A DNA stretch of 64,000 nt, taken from NCBI GenBank assembly GCA_015680685.1, contig MNCI01001083.1, positions 111,599-175,598 on the forward strand. The letters run 5' to 3'. Shown here piece after piece: positions 13,401 to 26,531 of this stretch (its first letter is position 1; each line of letters starts with the position of its first letter). The stretch is from Gnetum montanum. Taxonomy: Eukaryota > Plantae > Gnetophyta. The notes beneath the pieces were generated by a model, which searched no databases, was not told where the DNA came from, and saw only the letters and a program-made list of their open reading frames with translations. Position numbers and translations under genes: made by a program.

Positions 13401-13870
13401 AATATCGAGATGCTTCTCTTGAATTTCATACTCATGAGCTATTTCTTGATGTAATTGGTGATACCAAGGCCTATGAAAAATTTATAAAACATGTGGTGGT
13501 GAGTGAATATCCCAAGAGAGAGATGACCTTGCCTTCTAGGGAGACCACTACTACCATGTTTTCTTTGGGGCCATCCACTTGGATGGCTATGGAGAAGGGG
13601 AAGATTGCAGTCAGCGTTGACTTGGGGGGAGAAGATTGGGCGAACTTAAGTGAGGATGAAATACTTTGACACTTAGTAGTTGGCATGGATAGAATACCTC
13701 TAGAGATGGACGTAGGCCCATCTCAAGTTAGCCAAGCTTTACTATATTGTAGTTTATTTTATGATTTGTGATCATAATTTGACTCATTATTTTATTTTTT
13801 CTTTATGAAGGACCAAAATGAGGATGTAGGACTTAGTCGAGCAGGGGATAAAGATACCGGTAGAGACTCA
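10410..13870 (+). pseudogene. Spliced antisense accessory gene of Tat-1: degenerate FCP1/NIF-like segment, retroelement accessory (Athila ORF1/Transposase_32-like) segment, acidic linker and coiled-coil-like tail
   Basis: Chain of plus-strand ORF remnants (10421, 10741, 11471, 11810, 12331, 13367) separated by T-rich GT..AG introns (e.g. GTGAGT 12258 to CAG 12330). Motifs FLEFLLHHYSVMVWS, YNTLFF..QNPHGT, FEITNSLFIDLFSVPSDG, GTRYN*AKYLAEGL, HFAFFITFL. Confidence 0.6.
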
Positions 13871-14010
13871 TAGCCCATTGGTAAATTTTTTTTAAATGAA
13901 ATTCTTGTTGTTATGTGTTTTGAGTATGGAATTATATTTAATGAAAATTAAAACACTTGTTTTATTCCTTTTGGTTAATGTGTTTGTCAATGTGCTTGGG
14001 CCCCTTATTT

Positions 14011-14306
14011 TAGTTTAAGGCCATTTCAGGCCATTGCTATTTTTAGGCCATTTTGGGACAAACGTAATGTACTATCAGGATGTGGGTTACTAGTTTTAGA
14101 CCTTGGTGAGCCATGGAAATAGTTTAAGGTCATTCTAGGCCATTGCTAGTTTAAGGCCTTTTCAGGCCGAACGTAATGCAATTTTCAAAAGTGGTGTTGC
14201 TAGTTTTAGGCCTTAGCAGGCCATGGCAGTAGTTTAAGGCCATTCCGGGCTATTACTAGTTTAAGGCCATTTTGGGTCATTACTAGTTTAAGGCCATTTT
14301 GGGCCA
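14011..14306. repeat. Tandem array (about 9 copies) of TAGTTTAAGGCC..GGCC hairpin motif
   Basis: Repeated tagtttaaggccatt(n)ggccat units, with a higher-order duplication of about 110 bp. Confidence 0.88.
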
Positions 14307-14759
14307 TAATCTCTTTAACTAATGCCAGTGATAGAGACAATGCAAACAACAAACTTAATGCAAAATGAAAATCATATGAACATAAGTATAAAATTTATTG
14401 AAGTAAAGTGGGGGTAAACTTTAACCATGCAATTTTTTACTAATTCAATGTGGGTTAGGCAAGGCATATGGTCGGGAGGCTTTACGATAGTATTCCTCTA
14501 TGCGATCATCTGTTGTTTGGAAGGGCAATTCAGCCCACATGATTTCTTCATTTAAGTCAGTGGTTTTGGATAGCTCATTTTTCAATCATGGAATTTCAGC
14601 ATGAATGGGTGATTCATTTTCAGAGATTTCTATCTCTGATCCTTGCTCCATATCTATATTTTTTATGGCTCAGGGAGTTACTTCATCACCTCTCCACCTA
14701 CATAGGGTAAGTGGATCTCTTAGTGTATGGATGAGAAGAAACCTTTTAGCTGGGCTAAC

Positions 14760-17300
14760 CACGATCTTCCCAAGATTAGGTTAAACCTGGGCATCTCTTC
14801 TACCATAATAAATACTATGCTATTGGGAAACTAGTCTCCTTCTACAAAGTTGATGGTAACAGTCCCCTTGACCACAACATGTGCCCCATTGAATGACTAT
14901 AAACATGAGGTTGCTATGGGCTTGATTTGATCCACTAGGCCCAACTTGTCCACTATGGGGAATGCTATCACATTGGTGGTAGCCCCATCATCAACTTGTA
15001 CTCTACAAATCTCATACTGACCTACCTAAATTATGATAACCATGGGGGCAGTAGTCACTTAACCCTTTTCAGGGTCATCTTTGATGGATTTGTCATGAAA
15101 TGTTAAATGGGTTGGCCATGGTTCTTTAGCCATAGAGGGAAGCATAACGATGTGGATAGCTTTCTCTTTGGCTGGCATGTTTTCACTAATAGAAATAGAT
15201 GCTAACATGCCAACCAAAGCCTCACAATGCACCATAGAGGTCATTATTAAGTCATACAAGATTAATGTTATTTTTTTTATTTCAAGGCCTGTTTAACCTA
15301 TGAAAGTGCATTTAGGAAGTCTTGCTCATTTTCTAATTGTTTGCTAACTTTTTCTTCTTCTATGTGCCCTAGAAGATGAATCTCTCGAGGGGGAGTGGCT
15401 TTGGGTTGGATAATAAGCTTTTTTGAATCAGAGGATGATGGTTGCATGTGTGTGTTGCCACCAGTGGCTGATGATGAAGAGGTCATGGGAATTGCGGACA
15501 AGGGGGTGGCCTTAGGGGGGCTCAACATAATGCGTTCTCTAGCCAACTTATCTGCTAGACATTCTTCGCATTTTCTTAGATGAGGACGCTAAGACGCAGT
15601 GCTCATCAATCAACTTTGGGCAGTAGGAGAACTCGCATGCTTTGGTGCCCTAATAACAAATGGTGCTTATGTTTTTGTAGTGGAACGTAATGCATTTTTA
15701 AGTACAAAACATGCAGCAGATGTTTGTGGAGAAGCCCTAATGAAAAAGGGGGTTTGCGACCTAGTTGTTGTTGAAGCTTCAGCATTGCACGTGGGGCCGG
15801 GGGGNNNNNNNNNNNNNNNNNNNNNNNNNNNNNNNNNNNNNNNNNNNNNNNNNNNNNNNNNNNNNNNNNNNNNNNNNNGTGTAACCTACATTGTTAGTGT
15901 TCAAAGGATCTTTGTAAACATTCATAGATTGGTTTTCAGGTTGGACAGGACTGCTCTCATCTAGGACCAACTTACTATGATCGATCATTTGCTAGATATC
16001 ATGTTTCAATGCCAAGAAATAATATATATCATGCCCAGACAATTGATGATAATCACAAAAATGCTCTAGCCTGAAATTTTTGGGTACTCGTGGTTCATTA
16101 GGCATAGCCAAGGAGGGGTCTCGAAGGACTTCATAGTATCTTTGTTGATGCTTAAGGGCCTCCTCTGACATCCATTTATGCTGGATATGCCCAGCTCTTA
16201 GTAATTGACTAATAAGCTCCAAAATATTAATTGCTAATAGGGTATATTTTGAGTGATCCTTGTGCTCAAAATTTGGCCTTGGTGGAGTTTGCATGGTGGG
16301 TGTTAATGTTGGGGGTTGACTAGTGCTACTAGAGCCAAGTGTCGTGTTAGCAAAGGCTTTAGGTGCTGTGGCAGTCATTTTACTATTGTTGGACTTAGTC
16401 TCATTAGCCACAGTAGCCACCATGGTTGTTGTGGCCTTCCCCTTCTCCTTGTCTTTCTTTGTATGTGTGTTTTTATAGGCTACGTAGGCTGGATCTCTAC
16501 TAGCCTCCATTGCATCCTGAATGCTTTTAGTTTGAGTGAATGCTTGGCTAAGGGAACCCAAAGCTAAATAATATAGTTATGACTTGATAAAATTGTTTAC
16601 TGCTCCTTTGAAAATAGCTAGAAAATGGGCCTCGACAATTGGTTCACGTATTTTGTTTAGGGTAGCACTCCAATGTTGTATAAATTTTTGTATGGATTCT
16701 AATGGTTCCTGTTTAACGTTCATGAGCTAATCTAAAGTGACTTCTGGTTTCAAGTTATACTTAAAATGAGTCACGAACTAGCTTAGAAATTCTTCTAATG
16801 TTGATATAGAAGCATGGGGAAGCACGTGGTACTAGTTTAAGGCCTTACCTGTTAGGGACATGGTGAAAACACGAATAATGGTATGGGGCCATGGTTGTAG
16901 TAACAAGGATTTAGACCTGAAATTGACCAGGTGGGCATTCAAATCACCTTCCCAATTGTATTTTGTAAATTGGGGAAGTTGTACTCCAAGGAGTAATGCA
17001 AGCACGAGAACAACTAGACTAATTGGGTCATCTTGGTAGAAGTCCATGACCTGAACGATTTCAGAACTAGTGTCTTTGATCTGTTTAATTTATTTGGTGA
17101 GGGTCTGGATGATTTGAAAGGCTTGGTCCAGACCCAGGGGTGTTATAGGGGGTTGAGAAGCTATTGGAGCAGCCATTGTTGATGGCACTATTGGTGTGGT
17201 TGTCAATTCCATTAGGGATGCTATCGGAACAACTCTTGCTAGTGGTGTTGTTTGAGTAGCCCACAACCTAGTGGGTGGTGCCATTGGAGCAGCTGGCATC
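14760..17300 (-). pseudogene. Tat-1 gag and aspartic protease, disrupted (N-gap at 15805-15878)
   Basis: LPQFTKYNWEGDLNAHLVNF..RVFTMSLTGKALN* (retrotransposon gag), CDYHQLSGHDI knuckle remnant, protease RVQVDDGATTNVI at about 14975-15005. Confidence 0.88.
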
Positions 17301-18718
17301 GGTGGTGCTACGAGGGTGGTTATCTACCCAATGGTTGGGGTATCCCATAGCCCCATGTTTGGTTGTTTTACATGTGAAACTTGGTACATTTGGGGTTGTG
17401 TGTATTGTGGCATGTGAGACATTTGAGCCATAAGAAGAGGTTGTTGTTAAGTTGAAGTTGGGCCTTCTACTGATGGTGGAATGGGTATAGAGGAGGGGAT
17501 AGAAATAGAGCTTACATGCGATTGTGATGTGGGCATGGTGTGCACATATGGTAGTGTGGGAATCATAGACATTGGGTGTGGAGCTTGGATAGACTAAGAA
17601 GGATGATTAATAGGAAATGAGATTGAAGGACCTCCATGCTAATATGTTGACAACATTTGATGACTACCCATCACCAAAGAGGGTCCAAGTTGTGGTAGTT
17701 TCATGGAAGTGGCAAACGAGACTAGAAATTTTGATTGGTGTGAATGAACAATAGAGGTGGAAGGATAGATTGGACCACCACATTTAAAATGGGAGTCTAA
17801 CTTCTCTTGGCCATCATGAAAAGCTTCAACATGGTGAGACGTTGTATCCCATTCTCTTAACCTACTTAATTCTTCAAGTTAGTTTAGAAGCCATTAGCAT
17901 GTATCAGTGAGTGCGATAGTGGTATCAAACGTAGGAATGAACTCCCTTATGTTCCGATGAATGATCTCAAAGTTACATTTTTCCTCAAACTCATGATGGT
18001 CCAATAGTAGATTTTCTTGGATTTTTGCACACAAAAAGTTATATCACTCTTCATCTTGAGGCAGACGTTCCGGTGATTGATGCTATAGTCTGAGAGACTG
18101 CCATGGTACTTGCATTGGGCTAGGTGGTTGCTTAGGATCCATCATGTATGGAACAAAGTGAGACACCTCCAAACTCATAATAGGAATTGAAGTGGTAGCA
18201 AGATTCATTTTTTTGATATGAAAAAGGTTCGAAAAGAAAGGGAAAGATACGTGTAAGAAATAGTTAAAAATAGTACGTTTTGTGTTAAATGGTTATGGTC
18301 TAAAGCCACAAAGAAAACAGATTGAAACTAGGGGCATCTGAAAATGCTGAAAATCTAGTTGTCTTCGCTATGCTCTTGCTACGTTGAAAGAAACCGCTAC
18401 ACCAACAAGGCCACTACACTACATAGAATGCAAGTAGCGTAACACAGTAGACAGTTTAGGAACCACTACACTGATAGGGTCACTATGCTACATAGGACGT
18501 AGGCAATGTAACACAATAGACAAGTAGCATAACATAGTAGATAGTTTAGGGATTTAGTCCTACAAGGTTCCAAAGAAACTGTTGTAGTGACCAATTTGCA
18601 TCACCCAGTGTGTAGACAACCACAGGGATGTCATTTTTATGCTAGCAAGCTAATGGCGATGGGGTATAGACAGCATGTAGGATTACCCATGACACATGGA
18701 ATAGACATAGAGGTTCAG

Positions 18719-18737
18719 CCCCTCCTTCTAGCACGAA
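18719..18737 (-). promoter_or_regulatory. Tat-1 primer-binding site
   Basis: Minus strand TTCGTGCTAGAAGGAGGGG directly after the 5' LTR, a decayed form of the TGGCGCTAGAAGGAGGG PBS of Tat-clade elements. Confidence 0.8.
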
Positions 18738-18741
18738 AAAC

Positions 18742-20927
18742 TATGATGTATGAAAACATTAGTGGTTAGAACATTGAGAGGTTATCAGGTGTACAGCCTA
18801 ACCCCAAATCTGTGGGAGGGTCATGCTGGAGAAAACGAAAGCAGGGTGCCTTGAATAGTCTGGTTGATCATTCAGGGACTTACGTGGTGTACAATAACCA
18901 TATGCAAATAGTAATTTTAAAATGTAACATGCTGAGGTTGAAATGGAAGAAAATTTGGTGCACAACAATAGAAACACATCAAAGTATGTAACCAGGACAA
19001 TAAGCATGAATAAGTACACAAAGATGCAACATATATGTTATAGAAAAAATGGAATGAGAGTTTAGGTGAGGGAATGCACCACCCCAAAATTGGGGGATCT
19101 AATCTTTGTTTGGCTGATGAATGTGTACAACTAGTGTGTAGTACTAGACAAGTACAGCTAACAATGGAATGATATGGTCACAGCTCCTAGATTGCTACCA
19201 ATAGGATGCTAACAAGAACCGTTGAGTGGATGCTTGTTGGGTTAAGAGCTACTACATTGGGTTTAAGAGAGATCTGAGAAGTGCTACTACTAGGATTTGC
19301 TATTTATCTGCCTTCTATTCACTAATCTCTTCGTCAAAGCTTGCTACCAGAAGCCAATTGCCAAAACGCCAACCCTCAAAATCCAACCCCTAGAATTTTT
19401 TTTGTTATGGTATTTATAAAGGCAAGAGTAGGAAAGAGATGTGGCTTGGATATCCTTTGTCTTGGGTCCCATAGGACACAAACGTGGATGTGCTACGCTG
19501 ACATGTGGTGCTATGTTGAATGGAACAAGGCTGGAAGTGAAACTGCTAAGCTGTGACCATATCATTTGGACTGCACGTACCCAAGGGACTATCATATCTT
19601 TATAAAAAATTCTTATGAAAAATGTAAAGTGAAGCTTACGCTTCAAGACTATGCTTCCCCCTCTCTTACGAGTAGGATCAAGCATAGAGACAATTTCGAG
19701 AGTTAACAAGGGATGCAACAAGCAAGGCAAACTACTAATCTCAACTACAAAGGAGATGCTAGTATAGAAATTACCACAAAAATGAATCCTAGAGCTTCTA
19801 GAGATTTCCTATAGATTCCTTTCAAGTGTTATGCTACTCACACTACTCAGCGTAGTGGAGTAGCATGAACACCTGCTCGCTATGCTGTGCTACACTGCAC
19901 AGTGTAGCAACCACCTTTAAGATGAATCTTGCTTAAAAATCAAAAATACCCCTCTAAGTCCTGGCAAGGAAAGCTATTTCAACAACTAGCCATTACACTT
20001 TTCATGTTAAAAGAGCCCGAGACTTCTTGGTTTCATCTCTGGGGCACTTTTAACTGCGATGTCTCTGCTATGCTATGCTGTGCTGAGCAACATAGCATAG
20101 TGTAGCACCTAGTCTTACATGAATTTGAGCTTAATCTGTAATGCTTTATCAAGAGACTTTGATTAGACTTTGAAGGTGGAGTGTGACGGGTAGTCTTGGA
20201 GGTCAAGGCATGGCCAAGAGCAATTCTTTTGTTAAAGCAATGTGAGAAAAGGCTTTCTTAGTGCTGGCATCCTACTACACTATGCAACATAGAACAGTGT
20301 TTGCCTATGTCACACCAATCACACTTCAAGGGTAGAGTAAGGAAAGCATCCTTAAAGATCGAAGAATGGTCAAGTGCATTTTCTCTGTTAACATAATTTT
20401 AGGGAAGATTGTGTTATGGTTGGCACCCTACTACGTTGTGCTACACTTTATAGTGTAGCACAGCATAGCACAAAAAATGGGATGAATTTTACAACATTTT
20501 CCATATTTCTTTCATGCTACATTGATCATATTCCAAGGATGAAGTAGGGTAGGCATCCTTGAGGACTGAATATCTACCAACTGCATCTTCTACGTCTGAT
20601 GTAACACTTGCAAAAGTTTTAACACCACATGGCTTGCTACGCTGTGCAGCGTAGAGTAGCATAGCAAGCCTTATAGTTAGAAAATTTTCCAAACTATGCA
20701 ATCCATGCTCAGTGCCATTTTTGTGCAAATTTGCCTCATGAATAGGTGTTGTGTTGACTGTGCTGCAGAGGGTGTCAGGCAGGCCCAGAAGTGGCTTCAA
20801 AGGAATTAGGACTTCCAGGGTGCCATGTTGTCTACATGATCCAACATGACACTACACTTGCAGAGATCCTTGCCCAAATTTTGGGACTATGTTGAATCAT
20901 GAGGGTCCCAAAATTGATGGTGTTTCA
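18742..20927 (-). repeat. Tat-1 5' LTR
   Basis: Homologous to 1064-3223, ends GGTGTTTCA followed by TSD TAGAG. Confidence 0.93.
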
Positions 20928-21782
20928 TAGAGGGCATCACAATCTTTACAAAGTTTGAGCTCTACTCCAAAGTGTTTTATCACTGCAAAAACACTCAACC
21001 CCAAAAGGCCCCAACAAGCTAAAAATGTGGTTTAAAAGATCCCACAACCTTTACAAAATGTGGGCTCCACATTCGAGCATTTTTTCACTGTAAAATCACT
21101 TAACCTATCAAGATTTTGACAAGCTCAATGAAGATACCTTCCCATAAGAAGCACATCATCCTTACAGCATTTACAAGAAAGAAGAAAAGAATCAAGGAAG
21201 GAATGTAACTTAATTTACAAATTCCTTCCAATGAAGGCTCTTTAAAAATTCAAAACAATAGAAATTATTGAAATAATAAAGAAAAAATTTAATTCACTTA
21301 AGGCTTATAATGTTTGATATTCAATGAATAGTGTTTACACATTTCCAAAGAATTTGACATTGCCTTATACCCTTTGAGTTTTCTAACATTTCATAGAATT
21401 CATGCAATAGCTATGAAATAGCTAGATTGGACATATAATTTGAAGTTGAGACATCTAATTGAGATAAAATTTCATTCAAAAGAGACATCTACCTAAGAAT
21501 GCAAATGTCTATCCTTAGATGTCTACCTTTGAAGTGAGATCTTTGTTATCAATTGAAGATGTCTACCCTGCAGGATCACTTTAAATTCTAGAGTATTCTT
21601 CTGTCATTTTGGCATCTTGGTAGTCCTTATAATAGCTTCATTTAGCTTATAGAATCTATTTTCATTCTAACTCTTATCATTTTTTCTCAACTCTCATTTA
21701 GTCATCTTAACATAGCTCTCATTCTAGCCCAGTTCTCCTTTTGAAGTCTTAGTTCAACATGTTCCTTTTTGATCTTGCAAGA

Positions 21783-24023
21783 TGATGAGCGATGGGTACC
21801 ACCTACATCCAACTATACAAATCACAAACATTCATGCATAATCCAGTTGAATTCCATGGATGGAACTAGGTGTGACATCTAGATTGTTAAGCATGAATTA
21901 CAAGATGTTGTCTTCTCACTTGGACTAGTCATAGCTTTGTCACGTATGGTTTAGTCCAAAGTGAGGCATATGATAGTTGATGTTGTTGTGGCCTTTTGCT
22001 AATCTTAACAATAATAGAGAAATTAATTATTTAACCTAATTAGCAATAGGAAGGTAAATTCTAAACTAGTTTATGGGTGATGAGTGTCCCTTACTAGATT
22101 ACTGTACACATTCTAAACCCACATATCCACTACTAGAATTACCAAGTGATGGACCACTGATGGATTGACTCTAGTTCCAATGATCTACACTAACTTTTAG
22201 CTTCATCTATTAGTGTTATATGAAAGATCTTAAGCTTTTTCCACTTATGTTCAATATTTTGCAATGTGCAAGCATCATGGAAGGCTTGTAAATGATGTTG
22301 TGGATTAGAATTATAACCTCCCTTAAGTTTAAAAAATGGTGTTCATATTAACCCATTTGATGCAACTATCCCTTTGATGCCTTTAGGGTATTTGAATTGC
22401 CTTCCTAATCTATGTCATACCCCTAGTAGCCAACAAGGGTTCATCTGCATCAAACATGTCATCATGATAATCTCTATTTCCATTTTTATAATTATAATGA
22501 TCTTGTCTATGCTCACTTTGATGTCTTTGATATTGCCCTTATGTTCTATTTCTATCTTCATCTTGACCCCTTAGTGGAGCTCTTTCTCTATACCTACATT
22601 TATCTTCATTAGAACTAGATGCTAAAGAGGAAGAGGAAGATGGAGAACTAGGAGAACCACCATGGCTCCTATATCTTTCCCCATGATTCCTTGATTTATA
22701 TTTTCTAGGTCTAGAGGAGATCCTAGGCCTTGAGGCCCATCTTGTTCTAGGAATTACTCCATCTCGTCTAGGATTGACTACATTAGTTGAATGTAGTCTT
22801 TGATTATAGTATGGATCTAAATGAGCATATGAAATTCCTACTTGAGGTTGTTCACTTCGATTTTCTTCAGCATAGATCCTATTATTTCTTCTATGAGTAT
22901 TCTCATCACATGATGCATTATTGGTCCTATGTGAAGAATAAATGATTTTATTTGATACATGTGTAATAGAAAATATTAATATTTTTTGAAAAATAAATCA
23001 TTAATACTTTTGTAGTGATCATGTATAATATAACTAATCTAGATAACTAGCACCATTGCCAACAATGGTGCCAATGATGAGCAACGGGTACACCCTACGT
23101 CCAACCATACAAATCATAAGAATTCATGCATGATTTGGTTGAATTCCATCGATGGAACTAGTTGTGAAATTTAGATTGTTAAGCATTGATCGCAAGACAC
23201 TATCTTCCCACTTGAACATGTGGTAGCTTTGTCATGTATGGTTTAGTCCAAAGTAAGGCATATGATAATTGATGTTGTTGCAGCTTTATGATAATCTTAA
23301 CAATAATAGAGAAACTAATTATTTAACCTAATTAACAATAGGAAGATAAATTCTAAACTAGCCTAATGATGATGAGTGTTTATTCCCATCTTGTTGAACA
23401 CATCTTAAACCCTCGTATTGACTATTGCGATTATCAAGTGTTATTCTACTGGGTAAACCAAGCAAAAGCGCTATTGGGATTACCAAGTGAACATGTGTTT
23501 ATGCTCAAAATTGGTCAAACTCATTCTGCCAATTGATTAATATGCATGAAAATGTAAATATTAACTAAGTACATGGAAAGTAAATCATTCTAAGTCAAAG
23601 TGCTGCAATGAACATGAATTAATCTCAATTTTATTTCCGTTCATGGAATATGTCTAGGTATAGATCCACTCTAAGAAGATGTTGTAAAACTAACTTAAAT
23701 TCACACTATAGGCACTCACTGACTATTTCCTAAAACCATGAAATGAAACTACAAGAGTATAGTTACAAAATAACTAAAAAGTTATTCATATGCAGTGGGT
23801 GCTTGCATATTTATAGGTGAAAATAGACACTACATCAACACATATACATCAATGCATTAGCCCATGCATTGATGGGGAAGCATTGACAAGGCTGCATTAA
23901 TGGGGATGCATTGATGTAGCTAAGTTATAGCATATGCAATACAGCAACCAACTGAGACACTTGATAAAATGATGTTTCATGATATTCCCATGACTCAGCT
24001 ACCTGACATATCAAGTCTCATCA
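21783..24023 (-). mobile_element. Internally deleted Athila-type element (5' LTR 23075-24023, truncated 3' LTR 21783-about 22150) inserted in the SIRE LTR
   Basis: TGATGAG...CTCATCA termini, TSD CAAGA/CAATA, 21783-22150 repeats 23075-23440, decayed Asp-type PBS (TTGGCACCATTGTTGG) next to 23075. The empty site CAAGA|CTA is seen in the sister SIRE LTR at about 47266-47273. Confidence 0.82.
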
Positions 24024-25589
24024 CAATACTACAAACACACATTCACATTCTCCATTTTCTCTAAGTTTTTTACATATCAAAAGGTCAATAATATCCCTCC
24101 TTTTTGATGATTTTCAAAAGATAAGAAAATGAGTTAGTACATTTCATAATATATATAAAATTAAAAACATTTAAGGCATATATATATATTGTAATGGTAG
24201 CATGAAAGGTAAATATCGTTTAGTCATAATCAAAAGAGGAAAACACAAGAAATAGTTTGTATTAAGAACCTGTCAAACTTGTAAAAAAATTATTCAAATA
24301 TCAATCCATAATATAAACTATCCAAGACATCCTATATTACATGTCACATTGAAAAATATCTTATTAAGAGCTACCCATTATCTATTCATAAAACAAGTGA
24401 AAACTAAATAATCTTATGAAGTACAATTAGTAAACGATTTTAAACTTTATCCCCCTTTTTGGACATTAGCAAAAAGATATCATATGAAAATTTCTTTTTG
24501 AAGGAGAGAGAAATAATGAAGACATTTAATTCTAGGACATAAAGAAAATGGTTAAAGCTACACAACTCATAAAATATAGTTAATGAATTCTCCAAAAAAA
24601 TGTTCAGAATGTATATATATGTAACCATGTCAATTTCAAAAAGTCAAAAAAAATCATCTTAAGGGAAAAGATCTAATAAGTAACTTGAAAAAGAAGGATC
24701 ATACTATTACCTTTGATGTTTTACCAATGTCAAATTACATCTTTCTTGCTTATCTTCTATTGTGGATGCTAGAGTGGAAGGATTGATTACTTGAGTTCCT
24801 TTTAATGAGTGTCCTTGAAGACTCCCCGTATGCTAGTGGCTTAAGAGATGATAATTTTTTATGAAGTACATTCTACCCCTAAGTATATGATAATTTCTTC
24901 CCAACTTCAAGCTACAGTTTTAGGAAGAGTGGCATTATCCCATTAAGACTTTTAGGATCAACTTATGGAGATGCAATCTTGATTTTTCATGAAAACATAG
25001 GATGGAAGGAACAACGAATTTAGCTTAAAAATATAGCTACCTAAAAATTTCAAGATCAAGTATGGAGACTAAGGTCTCCCATTAGAGATGTATTGTAATA
25101 GCAACAATGAAGTCTAGCAAGCAAGTATTTCCAATAGCATCTATTCAATTTATTTCCTAACTACTAACCTTTAAAGACATATGCTATTTTATGTTGAGTC
25201 TAGCAAGCAAAGAAATAAAGATTTATCATTGCTTACCTTGCTTTCCTTTTAGCATGAACATGATTAATGGAGTTTGAGATGAGGTCCTCTATCATAAAGG
25301 ACCTCCTTAGCATGTAACTTTACCTTGTCTTTTCACTCATCAATACCTTTGTTTGTATTCTCAAACTCATGTGAGGTTTCTTGTGTGTCATGTTCATGTT
25401 TTCCAAAATGAGAGGGCTGAGAATTTTTGCTAATTATGGGACTTTATTTCTTAAGTTTCTCAAAGGCTATTTCACCTTATTCTTCATTGGTTCTCCAAGC
25501 TTTTGTACACTATAAGAAACACTTATTAGACTCCCCTTGACAAGACCAAGTATTCATGTTATTTTTCTCTATATATGGATGATAATAAT

Positions 25590-26531
25590 TGTAGTGATTG
25601 AAAAATTTAGTGCTGGAGGGCCAAAGATCTTTGTTTGAATAGTTTAACCTATAGATCCATGGTCCTTAAAAAGGATCTATGAGCACTTCAAATGGTCTAA
25701 TAGGTTGCTTGAGAACTTAAACATCTGTTACTGGGTATTAATGAAATGTGAACGAGCAAGAAAATATTCATTAAACAAAATCAAAACTGAAATAGAATTG
25801 CAAGAAATATAGAAGAAAATGTGGCACAATACTATGAAATATTTTTAATTAATTTTTTTAAAATGTTGTAACAAATGAATTTTGAAAATATAGATTCCAG
25901 CTTTTATATCCTATAATTGCAACAATGAGCTTGGATTTTGATGTAGGAGGTAAGATGTGTTTTGCAGTCTCCTCTCATAAATCTAGCATTGCTTAGTCTT
26001 GCTGTAAATTAGCTCTTGGTGTCTCAAGTGATCTATGCTATAGAATGATGAAGATGGTCATCATGGACTCTTTGGAATTTTCACTACTTGAAGGTCTTAG
26101 GTTTGATGGAGGTGTCAAATGCTAAAAGTCCTTATGTTGAAGTAGATTCCAATTTAAATAGGCCTTGCATCTCTATCTTATTTCTAGTTAATTATATCAT
26201 GATTGTTAACATGTTTTTGGCACCTTTTATCATAACTGGAACACCTTTGCATGTAGTTTCAAAATAATTTCATATAATTATTTGCTCTTTAACATTAACT
26301 TTGTATGCTTCCTAGTGTCAGTGTCAACATCATCATCTATTCCATGAGGCCATGACAGTAACATCAAAGTTAGTACCATGAAGTCATGATGCTAGCATCA
26401 ATGTTAGTACCATAAAGTCATGACACTAGTGTCTTTGGTAAACTAAGGAAATTATATCAACCTTTATTTTTTTCCCAAATAAAATGAATTTTAACTATGG
26501 ATTACAATATGAATTTCTTTGTGGTGTTTCA
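25590..26531 (-). repeat. Tat-2 3' LTR
   Basis: Aligns with 42487-43393 and is followed by a PPT-like tract similar to that of Tat-1. Confidence 0.88.

Larger units (their letters stand above)
1064..20927 (-). mobile_element. Tat-1: full-length Tat/Ogre-like Ty3/gypsy LTR retrotransposon (about 19.9 kb), decayed
   Basis: Paired LTRs of about 2.17 kb, perfect 5-bp TSD TAGAG (1059-1063 and 20928-20932), PBS and PPT on the minus strand, domain order gag-PRO-(spacer)-RT-RH-aRH-INT. Confidence 0.95.

Noticed and set aside
4696-14306. CRISPR-like arrays or hammerhead ribozymes (retrozyme) in the hairpin repeats
   Set aside because: Repeats are degenerate, the intervening sequences are related to each other, there are no cas genes, and no CUGAUGA/GAAA core was found.
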